A stretch of 62,949 nt of DNA, filler included, from Octopus bimaculoides (taxonomy: Eukaryota), in assembly GCF_001194135.2 (NCBI RefSeq). It is 9 parts of 9 records of this genome, joined end to end, with 100 filler letters (N's around TTAATTAATTAA, not from the genome) between each part and the next. Parts side by side here need not be neighbours in the genome. Positions count along the whole stretch, not along the records: positions 1 to 16,748 come from NC_068986.1; positions 16,849 to 24,438 come from NC_068983.1; positions 24,539 to 27,081 come from NW_026423749.1; positions 27,182 to 29,599 come from NC_068989.1; 5 more parts are not named here. One strand, 5' to 3'. Positions 15,036 through 27,884 of the stretch are shown in pieces. A program made the position numbers and the translations under genes. The stretch's first letter is position 1. Each line of letters starts with the position of its first letter. The notes under the pieces are model-generated. The model ran no database searches. It was not told where the DNA came from and saw only the letters and a program-made list of their open reading frames with translations.

Positions 15036-15112
15036 GTAATCAGAAGTTAGATTTTCCTCTTTGCACTTATAATTTCTTTCTGAAGAAATTATTTACAACT
15101 GTATTAGAAGCT

Positions 15113-16290
15113 ATGGCGCTGTGGACGATAGAGCATCGCGTGTTGCCCTACGACAGTTACATGAAGAATAACGAGTCTGTTTGAATTTCAGCGTGAGTTT
15201 CGGCGCCACTTCAACGTTCACCGAAATCAGACTGTTCCCACCCGTAACACAATCTTACGTTGGGTGAATGCACTTCGTACACAAGGTACACTAATGAATA
15301 GGAGACCGGTGGGGCGGCACTAACAGTACGGACTGCGGAAAATGTAGAACGCGTCAGACAAGGTTTGATACGGTGTCCGAATCGCTCTGCTCGGAGGTAT
15401 TCCACTGAACTTGGAATCGGTAATTAATCGATAAGGCGCATTTTGCATGAAGACCTACATTTCCACCCGTACAGATTGGTCACTGGGCAATAGTTGAAAT
15501 CATGGGATTAGGTACAGCGGCTTAACTTCGCACGTCAGATGGAAGCAATTTTGGGGGCGAATGACAACCCCATTTTGTTAATGGCTGATGAAACTCATTT
15601 TGATCTGAATGGCATGGTAAATCCGAGAGAACTCCATGAAAGACTACTGCACAGCTCAATAGTGACGGTCTGGTGTGCTGTTGGAAAAACTGCCATCATT
15701 GGTCCTTACTTTTTTGAAGACAATAATGGAAATGCTGTTATTGTGAACTTCGAGCGTTACATCGAAATGTTAAACAACTTCTTTGCCTAAATTACGACGA
15801 AAACGTATGCGTATTCGATGTGTGTTGTTTCAGCAGGATGGGGCGACGGCCCACACAGTCAGAGCATCAATGGACGTTCTTCACCTTCACTTCGGTGACC
15901 ACCTCATTTCCAGGTTTTCTGACATTCCTTGGCTCCCTCAGTCCCCTGATTTGTCCATGTGTGATTTTTTGTGAGGAAACCTCAAGGCACGTGTGTATGC
16001 ACATAAGCCCCGTACATTTCACGATTTGAAGGAAGCTATTCGCGTAGTAGTCACCCAGATCGACAGAACAATCTTGGAGAGAGTGGAGGCCAACTTCCAA
16101 GAACGCCTTCTGAAATGCATCAATGAAAACGGGCAATACATGATAGATGTTACTTTCCACATTTAATTTTCACAATTGCTAATTCCATACGAGTACATTA
16201 ACGTCAAGAAAATTTCTTTGCAGCTAAAATTAATGATTTTGTAAATTTTTCAAAAACGTCCGTCATTCTGCCTCTCCCCGTTGTTATTTT
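15113..16290 (+). mobile_element. DD41D (rosa/Visitor-type) Tc1/mariner transposon with a near full-length transposase pseudogene
   Basis: ATG at 15113 (MALWTIEHRV...). Motifs are ADETHF, FQQDGATAHT and WLPQSPDLSMCDF, with 41 residues between the second and third catalytic D. Several stops and frameshifts. Coding ends about 16166 and a TIR-like end lies at about 16260-16290. No left TIR seen. Confidence 0.9.
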
Positions 16291-16367
16291 TTCTTATCGT
16301 ATTTTTTTCTTCGTTTTTTTTCATTAATTATACATATTATACATTATACATTATATTAATTATACAT

Positions 16368-16680
16368 AGGCGCAGGAATGGCTGTGTGGTAAATAGCTTG
16401 CTTAGCAACCACATGGTTCAGGGTTCAGTCCCACTGCGTGGCACCTTGGGCAAGTGTCTTCTAATATAGCCTCGGGCCGACCAAAGCCTTGTGAGTGGAT
16501 TTGGTAGACGGAAACTGAAAGAAGCCTGTCATATATATGTATATATATATGTATATGTGTGTGTGTTTGTGTGTCTGTGTTTGTCCCCCTAGTATTGCTT
16601 GACAACCGATGCTGGTGTGTTCATGTCCCCGTCACTTAGCGGTTCGAGACCGATAGAATAAGTACTAGGCTTACAAGCAG
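16368..16680 (+). mobile_element. tRNA-derived SINE (family 1)
   Basis: Head GGCGCAGGAATGGCTGTGTGGTAA...GGTTCAGTCCC with A/B-box-like motifs, an internal (TA/TG)n tract and the core CTTGACAACCGATGCTGGTGTG. Homologous copies lie at 17176, 27182, 43999 and 54330. Confidence 0.9.
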
Positions 16681-17175
16681 AGAGAGAGAGAGAGAGAGAG
16701 AGAAAGAGCGAGAGAGAGATTTATACATATATACAAATAAGTAAATACNNNNNNNNNNNNNNNNNNNNNNNNNNNNNNNNNNNNNNNNNNNNTTAATTAA
16801 TTAANNNNNNNNNNNNNNNNNNNNNNNNNNNNNNNNNNNNNNNNNNNNATATATATATATATACATACATACACACACATATACATATATGCTGTATATA
16901 AATATGTAAATGTATGTGTTTACCTGTATGCATGAAGAGTACACTGATGAATATAATGTATTAGTTTCTCATCCATTACTGACCAGTTTTACCGTTGGAT
17001 AATATTCAAAGGGTATGCGTTGGACTATCTTTTTATTCACGCTGTCATTTTCTTAAAAAAATTGTGGTATCGTGTATAGTGCGCGTAGAAATCAACAAGG
17101 GAGGTAACTCCTGAGCCTTTATTATATGGTAGCATGCGTTGTACGTGATGTATATTTGATGTATGTATGTATGTA

Positions 17176-17500
17176 TCTCTTTTACTTGTTTCAGTCATTT
17201 GACTGCGGCCATGCTGGAGCACCGCCTTTAGTCGAGCAAATCGACCCCAGTACTTGGAAGCCTAGTACTTATTCTATCAGTCACTTTGGCCGAACCGATA
17301 AGTTACGGGGACGTAAACACACCAGCATTGGTTGTCAAGCGATATGGTGGGGGTGGGGGAGCAAACACAGACACACAAACATATACACACACACATATAT
17401 ATATATATATACATATATACGACGGGCTTCTTTCAGTTTCCATCTACCAAATCCACTCATAAGGCTTTGGTCGGCCCGAGGCTATAAGTAGAAAACACTT
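17176..17500 (-). mobile_element. SINE family 1, head truncated
   Basis: Reverse-complement similarity to 16368-16680, and near-identical blocks with 43999-44595. Confidence 0.9.
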
Positions 17501-17585
17501 GTCGTGTTCCGTTGTTGTTTCCTGGGGCTAACTTCTTCCTATGCCATTGCTTTGGGGTTGCTCGGGCGGTTAAGTGAGCATGTGT

Positions 17586-17620
<35 letters not shown>

Positions 17621-17622
<2 letters not shown>

Positions 17623-17878
17623 GGTGGTTGCCTACTCCTTCTGCAGAGTCTGACCACATCTTGTACTTACACCTTAGATTCATCATGGCGTCTGATGTGG
17701 CTTTTTAAACCAGACATTTTATTGAAAAGACACCCACATAAAGTGCATATCCGACTTGGACCACCAAGAGCTGCAGTTGAGTTCTGATCTTTGTGGATCT
17801 TAAAATGTCTTTTGAGACCTCCGTTAGATTTGCAGACCTTATGGCATACACGGCATTGAAAGGTGTGCACAAAATCAT
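17621..17878 (-). mobile_element. RTE-like LINE 3' end carrying two intact C2H2 fingers
   Basis: Reads FQCRVCHKVCKSNGGLKRHFKIH and ICTLCGCLFNKMSGLKSHIRRH. It is an inverted homologue of 20890-21140 and has the same 3' end (CAACCACCAT plus microsatellite tail). Confidence 0.8.
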
Positions 17879-17934
17879 ATATGTGTGTGTGTGTGTGTGC
17901 GTGTGTGTACGTATGTATGTATTTATACACGCAC

Positions 17935-17982
<48 letters not shown>

Positions 17983-18026
17983 GCACACAGGTATATATGT
18001 ACGCATATACACATACATACTTACAG

Positions 18027-18059
<33 letters not shown>

Positions 18060-18069
18060 CATACATATA

Positions 18070-18345
18070 CAAGCGGTGCATTCCAGACGTTTTGAGATTT
18101 TTTAAGAGAGGAAGTTATAACTGTCCTAGATTACTATAATTTTATTTTAATATAACATAACTACGCATCTAACAATTTGACCTGCCACCATTTTTAAAAA
18201 ATTCTAAACAGGAAATGGCTGTAATAGCACTTTGCACGCACACACCCTACTAAAGACTGCTTGTCACACACAACTGACTAACTTGCAGAATGCAGCCAGG
18301 ACGTGAAAACAGTTTGGAAGCTTGCTATGCAATAAAATTTTCTAT
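18070..18345 (+). mobile_element. Mariner 5' end fragment
   Basis: A TIR-like leader is followed by MQPGRENSLEACYAIKF, resembling a mariner N-terminus (R.AIKF). Truncated by a microsatellite. Confidence 0.55.
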
Positions 18346-19142
18346 GATGCACACATACAGACACACACAAACACAGGCAGATAGACAGAAAGACAGACAG
18401 GCAGACACACTCACACACACACACACATTCTCAGTTATATATATATANNNNNNNNNNNNNNNNNNNNNNNNNNNNNNNNNNNNNNNNNNNNNNNNNNNNN
18501 NNNNNNNNNNNNNNNNNNNNNNNNNNNNNNNNNNNNNNNNNNNNNNNNNNNNNNNNNNNNNNNNNNNNNNNNNNNNNNNNNNNNNNNNNNNNNNNNNNNN
18601 NNNNNNNNNNNNNNNNNNNNNNNNNNNNNNNNNNNNNNNNNNNNNNNNNNNNNNNNNNNNNNNNNNNNNNNNNNNNNNNNNNNNNNNNNNNNNNNNNNNN
18701 NNNNNNNNNNNNNNNNNNNNNNNNNNNNNNNNNNNNNNNNNNNNNNNNNNNNNNNNNNNNNNNNNNNNNNNNNNNNNNNNNNNNNNNNNNNNNNNNNNNN
18801 NNNNNNNNNNNNNNNNNNNNNNNNNNNNNNNNNNNNNNNNNNNNNNNNNNNNNNNNNNNNNNNNNNNNNNNNNNNNNNNNNNNNNNNNNNNNNNNNNNNN
18901 NNNNNNNNNNNNNNNNNNNNNNNNNNNNNNNNNNNNNNNNNNNNNNNNNNNNNNNNNNNNNNNNNNNNNNNNNNNNNNNNNNNNNNNNNNNNNNNNNNNN
19001 NNNNNNNNNNNNNNNNNNNNNNNNNNNNNNNNNNNNNNNNNNNNNNNNNNNNNNNNNNNNNNNNNNNNNNNNNNNNNNNNNNNNNNNNNNNNNNNNNNNN
19101 NNNNNNNNNNNNNNNNNNNNNNNNNNNNNNNNNNNNNNNNNN

Positions 19143-19380
19143 ATAGTAGGTGCCTTAGGTATAATAAAAAAATATTCAGACAAATACATAACAAAAACAC
19201 CAGGACTTACAAATATATATAACATACAGAAAATTGCACTACTGGGTACTGCACACATTCTACGCAAAACACTTTCAATACAGTAAACATAAGAGCACCA
19301 CAGCAAACCACAGCACATACCCAAGGCGCACAGAGCTGCGCTCGGTAGTGAAGTGAAAGCACGTTATAAAAATAAAACTA

Positions 19381-19410
<30 letters not shown>
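19143..19410 (+). mobile_element. R4/Dong-like LINE 3' end with (AAT)n tail
   Basis: Reads VGALGIIKKYSDKYITKTPGLTNIYNIQKIALLGTAHILRKTLSIQ*, then a 3' UTR near-identical to 28800-29042, then (AAT)n. The 5' part is in a gap. Confidence 0.9.
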
Positions 19411-19411
<1 letters not shown>

Positions 19412-19627
19412 CAAAGGATATATAAGCATGTATACACACATATATGTACATACTTACACCTACATGTGTCTATAGATGCATATTCGGGTACAGGACGTTA
19501 GAAAAATGAACTACAGACAACGGAACGAACACATCGGAAAACAAATAGCCACTTGTGGAATTATTCCTTCAACAGCTGCCTCTATTCTAAACTAGGCGTT
19601 TCGAAGATATATATATATATATATATG

Positions 19628-20248
19628 TGCAAGATGGGTGAAAAGTAAGCAGGCATTAAAAATTGGTTATAAAATGCATATTCCTTTTATAAATTTATTG
19701 AAACAAATGATACATGTTCTTTATTACATGGCAAAATGCAAGTAAATCTTCATATTTCAACGTAAGCACCGGTGGCGTCAAACATTTTCTTCAAACGGTC
19801 AGGAATGGAATGAACAACCTTCTGAAGGACATCGTCTCGGATATCATTGGGAACCTTCTGCACTGTTGCCATTTTCTCCACTGATTATGATGTGGTTAGA
19901 CGGCCACTTCTTGCATCGTTCACAGAGCCTGTGGTCATCAGCTTTGCATGACAGCTTTTTATTGTCTCCGGACGTAGTGTTGCAGGCTTACCTTTCCATG
20001 CACGCCACCATCTCTGAATCAAAACAATAAAATTCCACACTTCATAGCGTGCTGCTATCTTAGCTCACTCCTGAACAGTGAAGCGACCGGCCATCTGGAA
20101 AATAAGGAATAAGAAATAAGACAATAAAAAAATTAAGAAATTCCCATTAGTGTTGCATGCTTAAAAAATGTTTTCGTCATGACGTCAGTGATACTAAAAA
20201 TTCTATAAGCAATTTCTAATGCCTAGTTACTTTCCGCCCACCCAATAC
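19628..20248 (-). mobile_element. Internally deleted Tc1/mariner element, probably DD41D-like
   Basis: About 40-bp imperfect TIRs (GGGTG..AAAGTAAGCAGGCATTAAAAATTG vs GGGTGGGCGGAAAGTAACTAGGCATTAGAAATTG). The N-terminal HTH (MAGRFTVQE*AKIAARYEVW...SGRLTT) is fused to the C-terminal tail (KVVHSIPDRLKKMFDATGAYVEI*) with the DDD domain missing. Confidence 0.8.
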
Positions 20249-20364
20249 GTATGTGTATCATTTTATTTTTTACCATATACTTGTTTCAGTCACTAGACTG
20301 CGGCTAATGTAAATATGTATGTATGTATGTATGTAAAAAAATAGTTATATACATATTTATAGAC

Positions 20365-21140
20365 ATTATGCTGGATGGCCATTGGCTGTTCCGGAGTTCA
20401 TCCGCCCTTTGACGAGTCTTGTTTGTCATTCTGCAGGGTGTCCAACAACACCCTCCTCCCCAAGCAAGCCTGGTGGGGTTGCCAGTTTAGTCGCCGACGA
20501 CCCGACCATGCGACAGGTTGTACTGGATTACATGTTACCAGTAGCACTCAAGAGCGACCTGACATCTAAACCTAAAAAAAGGTTTAAGGACGGCATAAGG
20601 ACTACTATGAAGTCACCTGGATGGTTCCAGAAGATACAGAAACCTTTGCTTCGGATTGACTTGGATGGCGAACAAAGGTGTTGAGTGGAGTGAAAGCATT
20701 TGAAGAGGCCAAGATAACGCAAGTAAGACTCAAACGATAACTAAGGAAGAATGTAACGATTGAGAAGGTGAATGAGATTGACCTTTTTGTGTGCACAGTC
20801 TGTGACAGACCCTGCCTGCCTTTTGCTGGCCTCAAATCTCATCTGCGAACGTATGGAAAACGAACCTCCACCAATTATTCTGCGTATATGTCTGTGTACA
20901 CCTTTCAATGCAGTGTATTCCAGAAGGTTTGCAAATCCAACGGAAGCCCCAAACGACATTTTAAGATCCACAAAGAGCAGAACTTATCTGCAGGTCTTGC
21001 TGGTCCAAATCAGAGGAGTAATCTGTAGGGTCTTTTTAGAACATTGTCTGGTTTAAAAAGCTACATCAGACACCATGATGGTGCTAAGGTGTAGGTACAG
21101 GAGTTGGTCAAACTCTGCATAAGTAGTAGATAACCACCAT
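20365..21140 (+). mobile_element. RTE-like LINE 3' fragment with three C-terminal C2H2-type fingers, decayed
   Basis: Contains KPKKRFKDGIRTTMK (post-RT motif), FVCTVCDRPCLPFAGLKSHLRTY, FQCSVFQKVCKSNGSPKRHFKIH and a third degenerate finger, then a (TATG)n tail. Confidence 0.8.
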
Positions 21141-21178
21141 GTATGTATGTATGTATGTATGTATGTATGCATATATGC

Positions 21179-21210
<32 letters not shown>

Positions 21211-22169
21211 ANNNNNNNNNNNNNNNNNNNNNNNNNNNNNNNNNNNNNNNNNNNNNNNNNNNNNNNNNNNNNNNNNNNNNNNNNNNNNNNNNNNNNNNNN
21301 NNNNNNNNNNNNNNNNNNNNNNNNNNNNNNNNNNNNNNNNNNNNNNNNNNNNNNNNNNNNNNNNNNNNNNNNNNNNNNNNNNNNNNNNNNNNNNNNNNNN
21401 NNNNNNNNNNNNNNNNNNNNNNNNNNNNNNNNNNNNNNNNNNNNNNNNNNNNNNNNNNNNNNNNNNNNNNNNNNNNNNNNNNNNNNNNNNNNNNNNNNNN
21501 NNNNNNNNNNNNNNNNNNNNNNNNNNNNNNNNNNNNNNNNNNNNNNNNNNNNNNNNNNNNNNNNNNNNNNNNNNNNNNNNNNNNNNNNNNNNNNNNNNNN
21601 NNNNNNNNNNNNNNNNNNNNNNNNNNNNNNNNNNNNNNNNNNNNNNNNNNNNNNNNNNNNNNNNNNNNNNNNNNNNNNNNNNNNNNNNNNNNNNNNNNNN
21701 NNNNNNNNNNNNNNNNNNNNNNNNNNNNNNNNNNNNNNNNNNNNNNNNNNNNNNNNNNNNNNNNNNNNNNNNNNNNNNNNNNNNNNNNNNNNNNNNNNNN
21801 NNNNNNNNNNNNNNNNNNNNNNNNNNNNNNNNNNNNNNNNNNNNNNNNNNNNNNNNNNNNNNNNNNNNNNNNNNNNNNNNNNNNNNNNNNNNNNNNNNNN
21901 NNNNNNNNNNNNNNNNNNNNNNNNNNNNNNNNNNNNNNNNNNNNNNNNNNNNNNNNNNNNNNNNNNNNNNNNNNNNNNNNNNNNNNNNNNNNNNNNNNNN
22001 NNNNNNNNNNNNNNNNNNNNNNNNNNNNNNNNNNNNNNNNNNNNNNNNNNNNNNNNNNNNNNNNNATATATATATATATATATACACATACATATATATA
22101 TGTATATATGTATATACATATACATATACATATATATATGTATATATGTGTGTGTGCGTGTGTACAGAA

Positions 22170-22330
22170 ACACGATGGCAGAATGATTCAGAAGTTCACA
22201 TTACAACCACTCAGTTTCAGGTTCGATCCTCGTGCGTGGCATCTTGAGCAATTGTCATTATTTATAACTTCAGATCAACCCATACCTTGTGAGTGAAAAT
22301 GGGTTGATGGAAACTGCATAGAAGCCTGAC
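22170..22330 (+). mobile_element. Diverged SINE family 1 head
   Basis: GGTTCGATCC B-box, CGTGGCATCTTGAGCAA and CCTTGTGAGTG...GATGGAAACTG match the 16368 copy. Confidence 0.7.
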
Positions 22331-23033
22331 TCCGCTTGAAAATTACGTTATGGGTACTCTTGTCTGTAGAATGCTTTATCCACTTACACGCTAATTCACA
22401 ATTCATTGGTCAAACGGAGGATATTACAGAAGACACAGAAAGTGTTTAACTATTGAACCGGACTCTGAATTATATGATAGGAAAGCGAATGTTTGAGCCA
22501 TAATAGGTGTGCTTGAGGCCACACAATTCTAAATGTTGTAGAAAACCTTTAGATGTTAGATAAAAAAAAGTCATTTATGATAAATGCATTATTGTTCCAT
22601 ATTTGTTTATTTATATTTCTATCACTTCTATCAATATAGTCAAGATTTAGGTTTTTCCAACGCAAAATTATTTATCTAAAGATCATACGCTCTTTGTTGA
22701 CAATGACAATAATTGTCAAGTACTGCATTAAGGTCAGTCGATTATATCTTATCCTGAAGCTTCGTAGTATTGTATGTATACATGCATACATACATACATA
22801 CATACATACATACATACATACATACATACATACATAATCCTTGGAATTTATAATCATTTAATGCATCGCTACGAGAGTTTCCACAAATCACATGACTTTT
22901 AAGATCATAGTTTGTATTCCTGAGATGATTACAGTGTATCCCGTAGTATCTTGGCTCACTAGTCACCATCATTAGACAGTGACCGGCATAATGGAATTGG
23001 AGCTTTATTTGCATATTCAAAACATTAACATAA

Positions 23034-23073
<40 letters not shown>

Positions 23074-23525
23074 CTTCAGCTACATATGCAGCTCACGAGA
23101 AACCAATGTTTAATCTAGGCCGTTTGTCATTATTCTCTAAAATAAAACATTCAACTACTTGTTTTCTTCTGTATTTCCATAGCAATACAATTATTTAAAG
23201 CTTCCATTGAAATACTTGAACTGGAAGGCACTCCGGTTACGTTTACAAACGTGATGAACACTTCAACCTCTCCGAGCTACCAAAATATTACACATCATAT
23301 AAAGTTATTGGTAAGTTTTTATGTATTATTTTTTAATCGTTTATTTAGTCATTTTCTCCAAACATGTAATCTATTTTAGTACGATCTGAAAACAACAAGA
23401 AAAATAAAGCTCTAGATATTAGTCGATCTCCAAGAAATAGCAGTCAAATGTCCTTTAAACTTGACACTACTCCCAACTAGCTTTGCACTGACTTGGTACC
23501 AAGAATACAACCATCTGGATACTGA

Positions 23526-23603
<78 letters not shown>

Positions 23604-23654
23604 TTATCTATCTATCTGCATGTATGTATGTATGTGTGTGTGTGAGTATATACA

Positions 23655-24060
23655 TAAGCAGCTGTCTCGAGAAAATCTTGTATACAAGGCCAAGACCATA
23701 GACCCCAATAGAGTAGCAAAGACGTATAACTCTAAAACTTTCAAGGAAAGGTATCCGCAACATCTGGCGTCATTCAGCGACAAAAAATAAAAAATAAAAA
23801 ACATGCAATGTCCCTGTCAAATATGATATGAACATCGAAAGAAGGTGGAATAAGCACCCCCCACCCCAGATAGAATGGAAAATTATTGATAAGCCAAAAA
23901 ATACTGAGGACGGGGTACCAAATGTGAACTTTCTATTACTGAAAGACTAAACATTATACAATCAATAGATAACATCCTAAATATTAGAGATGGAACCTTC
24001 TCTCCCTACATGCACAAGCAATATTTTACACTCAAATACTTCAAAGAAGAGACACCATCT
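23655..24060 (+). mobile_element. Naiad-type Penelope-like element, GIY-YIG C-terminal fragment
   Basis: Reads ENLVYKAKT...KTYNSKTFKERYPQHLASF and IEWKIIDKPK...ITERLNII...LNIRDG...HK, collinear with the C-terminus of 31180-32225. Confidence 0.7.
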
Positions 24061-24550
24061 GCGACGGTAATCACACGAGGATAGCCCCTTTCCTGAACGA
24101 GAAATCTGAACACACAGCACACACAGAAGAAATATTCCCCAATGATAAACTACCTCAGTACACCCAGAACAAAAACAAATTAAGCACACAACAGTTCGTC
24201 CAAAAGACAAAGCTAAGGGAGACAAACATTTAAAAGATGGCACCCAGGAGTAACGTCCCTTGATTCATGGTTTTATTCACGACAATTCACGAGAATCCCC
24301 GCAAACTAAACGAGGGTGTGTTTTCCAAAATAGAGGCGAACATCTTTTTCCATGTGATCGGCTTGAAAAGTTGTTAAGACACTAGGATATTTTCCTACTT
24401 TTCTTAACATGAAATCAATAGTAGTCTCAATTCGCATANNNNNNNNNNNNNNNNNNNNNNNNNNNNNNNNNNNNNNNNNNNNTTAATTAATTAANNNNNN
24501 NNNNNNNNNNNNNNNNNNNNNNNNNNNNNNNNNNNNNNTATATATATATA

Positions 24551-24762
24551 CAGGGTTGGCAAAAAGTCACCTGACAGTAAATCGAAACCATTTAATTCCT
24601 TCCAAGATTTATTTATGTTTAACAAACGAAAGCATCTAAATATGAAGCAGCAGGAAAATGGTTCAAACTGAGCTACACATTTTGCCATTCGAGTCAATAC
24701 AAAATTACAGATAATACTTATGGAATTTTGATTTTCTGTCGGTTGACGTTTGGCCAACTCTG
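24551..24762. mobile_element. Tc1/mariner-type MITE, 212 bp
   Basis: 27-bp imperfect TIRs CAGGGTTGGCAAAAAGTCACCTGACAG and CAGAGTTGGCCAAACGTCAACCGACAG (reverse complement), with TA on both sides. Confidence 0.85.
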
Positions 24763-26132
24763 TACGTATGTATGTATGTATGTATGTATGTGTGTGTGTG
24801 TGTGGAGGAGGTATTTCGTTTTCTATCTGATTTGCAAGAGTCTTTGTGTGAATTCGTTATGTTGAAACAAATTTTCTTGTGTCTATGGAGAGTTATTATG
24901 CCAATATAACACACACACATACACACACACGCTGTTTCAGTTCCACTCAATTATTAAATAACCGATTCGTTTTTTTTTTTTTGTCAAAGCTCTTTCGTTG
25001 CTTTTTTTGCATGCTTCTTCTCAGTGACTATCGGTATATATATATATATATATATGTATATCACATTCGCCATGATAGATCGCTGACCACTACATTTATT
25101 TTTTTTTTCTCCTTGTTTCTCTCCTTATTTCTTTCTGTGTTCCTTTCAGTTGAAGAGCGTAGCTCGAAACGTCAAAGACTTTCTCTATTCCCGAGCGTTA
25201 AACTAATACATCCATTTGTTGTTTACACCACCTGTCTTCGTNNNNNNNNNNNNNNNNNNNNNNNNNNNNNNNNNNNNNNNNNNNNNNNNNNNNNNNNNNN
25301 NNNNNNNNNNNNNNNNNNNNNNNNNNNNNNNNNNNNNNNNNNNNNNNNNNNNNNNNNNNNNNNNNNNNNNNNNNNNNNNNNNNNNNNNNNNNNNNNNNNN
25401 NNNNNNNNNNNNNNNNNNNNNNNNNNNNNNNNNNNNNNNNNNNNNNNNNNNNNNNNNNNNNNNNNNNNNNNNNNNNNNNNNNNNNNNNNNNNNNNNNNNN
25501 NNNNNNNNNNNNNNNNNNNNNNNNNNNNNNNNNNNNNNNNNNNNNNNNNNNNNNNNNNNNNNNNNNNNNNNNNNNNNNNNNNNNNNNNNNNNNNNNNNNN
25601 NNNNNNNNNNNNNNNNNNNNNNNNNNNNNNNNNNNNNNNNNNNNNNNNNNNNNNNNNNNNNNNNNNNNNNNNNNNNNNNNNNNNNNNNNNNNNNNNNNNN
25701 NNNNNNNNNNNNNNNNNNNNNNNNNNNNNNNNNNNNNNNNNNNNNNNNNNNNNNNNNNNNNNNNNNNNNNNNNNNNNNNNNNNNNNNNNNNNNNNNNNNN
25801 NNNNNNNNNNNNNNNNNNNNNNNNNNNNNNNNNNNNNNNNNNNNNNNNNNNNNNNNNNNNNNNNNNNNNNNNNNNNNNNNNNNNNNNNNNNNNNNNNNNN
25901 NNNNNNNNNNNNNNNNNNNNNNNNNNNNNNNNNNNNNNNNNNNNNNNNNNNNNNNNNNNNNNNNNNNNNNNNNGTGTAAGAAAAACATTTGTCTAACTCA
26001 ATAGCACAACGTATGTATGTATGTATGTATGTATGTATGTATGTATACACACACACACATAGACACACATACACATACATACACACATACATTCACGCTC
26101 GTATACTTGTATAGTCGAATAGACGAAGAAGC

Positions 26133-26177
<45 letters not shown>

Positions 26178-26271
26178 GATAGCTAGATAGATAGACAGAC
26201 AGACACATACATACATGCATACATACATGCATGCATACATACAAACATACATACATGCATACATACATACA

Positions 26272-26305
<34 letters not shown>

Positions 26306-26428
26306 CATACATACGTAATCTTGCTATCATCTATTAATCAATCTATGCATCTGTGTCATCTACCTATACGCATGTCAAATATGTGTATTTACCTACGATT
26401 ATCAATGTATCAATTCGTATGTATACAT

Positions 26429-26465
<37 letters not shown>

Positions 26466-27181
26466 CGTGTGTGAGTGTGAGTGTGTGTGTGTGTGTGTGT
26501 ATTTGCGCTCGTGTATCTAACGATTTGGTTATCTCTGCCTCTCTATCTATCTATCTACCTACCTACCTACCTACCTACCTACCTACCTACCTATCTATCT
26601 ATCGATCGATCGATCTAGCTATCTGTCTGTCTGTATACCCATCACACCCTATCAAATTTCATTTAATTCACTCAGACCAGACATATTGTGTGACTGAAAG
26701 CCTCAGATACTTGACAGGCATCACTCTATCGCCTGATCTCTTCAATGAGAAACGGACATGGGTATGTATGTATGTATGTATGTATGTATGTATGTATGTA
26801 TGTACGTACTATGTATGTACTATATATGTATGTGTGTGTATGTATTTGTGTGTATGTACGTATGTATGTATTTATGTATGTATGTATGTATGCATTAATA
26901 TATATGTATGTATGTAAATATATATTAACATATATGTATGTATGTATGTATGTATGTAAGCATGTATTAATATGCATGTATATATGTATTAACATGTATG
27001 TATATATGCATTAACATGTATGTATGTATGTATGTATGTATGCATTAATATATATGTATGTATGTAAGTATATATTAACATNNNNNNNNNNNNNNNNNNN
27101 NNNNNNNNNNNNNNNNNNNNNNNNNTTAATTAATTAANNNNNNNNNNNNNNNNNNNNNNNNNNNNNNNNNNNNNNNNNNNN

Positions 27182-27351
27182 TACGACGGTCTTCTTTCAG
27201 TTTCCGTCTACCAAATCCACTCACAAGGCTTTGGTCGGCCCCTGGCTATAGTAGAAGACACTTGCCCAAGGTGCCACACAGTGGGACTGAACCCGGAACC
27301 ATGTGGTTGGTAAGCAAGCTAGCTACTTACCACACAGCCACTCCTGCGCCT
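27182..27351 (-). mobile_element. SINE family 1, 5' half
   Basis: Reverse complement of the head at 16368. The remainder is in a gap. Confidence 0.9.
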
Positions 27352-27357
27352 ATTAAT

Positions 27358-27398
<41 letters not shown>

Positions 27399-27884
27399 TG
27401 ATGATGACGATGATGATTATGATGATGATGATGATAGACAATACGAAGGGCGCGATGCGATTGCAATAGATATTTTATTGGTTGAACGATATTTCGACGG
27501 CTAGCCTGTCTTTGTCGAGTTCAAAATGATATGTGATACATAGAAATTCAAAATTATAAAAGTTCAAATCCAAAATTTTAACGAGGGCAACCAGCGTTCC
27601 CACGTTGATGGAATGACATCATCAGTCATCAATTTTCAAGTTTACAATTGACAAAACGGAAAAGAAGGAAAAAAACAGAAAAATAAAAGAGAAGGAAAAT
27701 AAAAGAAGGGGATAAATAAGAAGAATATTTAATCAAACAATTTTGTGTAAATATGATGAAATTATCCTGTCCTTTTATTCATTCCTCCAGGGCGTGATGT
27801 TAATAACTCGCAAACATGTTTCTCCTCGCTGGGTGTGTCTCGCCAAGTGATTGTAACAAACATGCAGATCAAAAGTAAATACGA

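Noticed and set aside
16793-16804. TTAATTAATTAA recurring inside N-gaps (also about 24483, 27126, 29644, 37440, 48326, 58004, 60834)
   Set aside because: The identical 12-mer is always flanked by Ns and has stops in all six frames. It is an assembly or linker artefact, not a biological repeat or CRISPR array.
17667-18014. Host C2H2 zinc-finger gene exon
   Set aside because: It is homologous to the tail of the RTE-like fragment at 20365-21140, ends in the same 3' end and microsatellite, and lacks TGEKP linkers.
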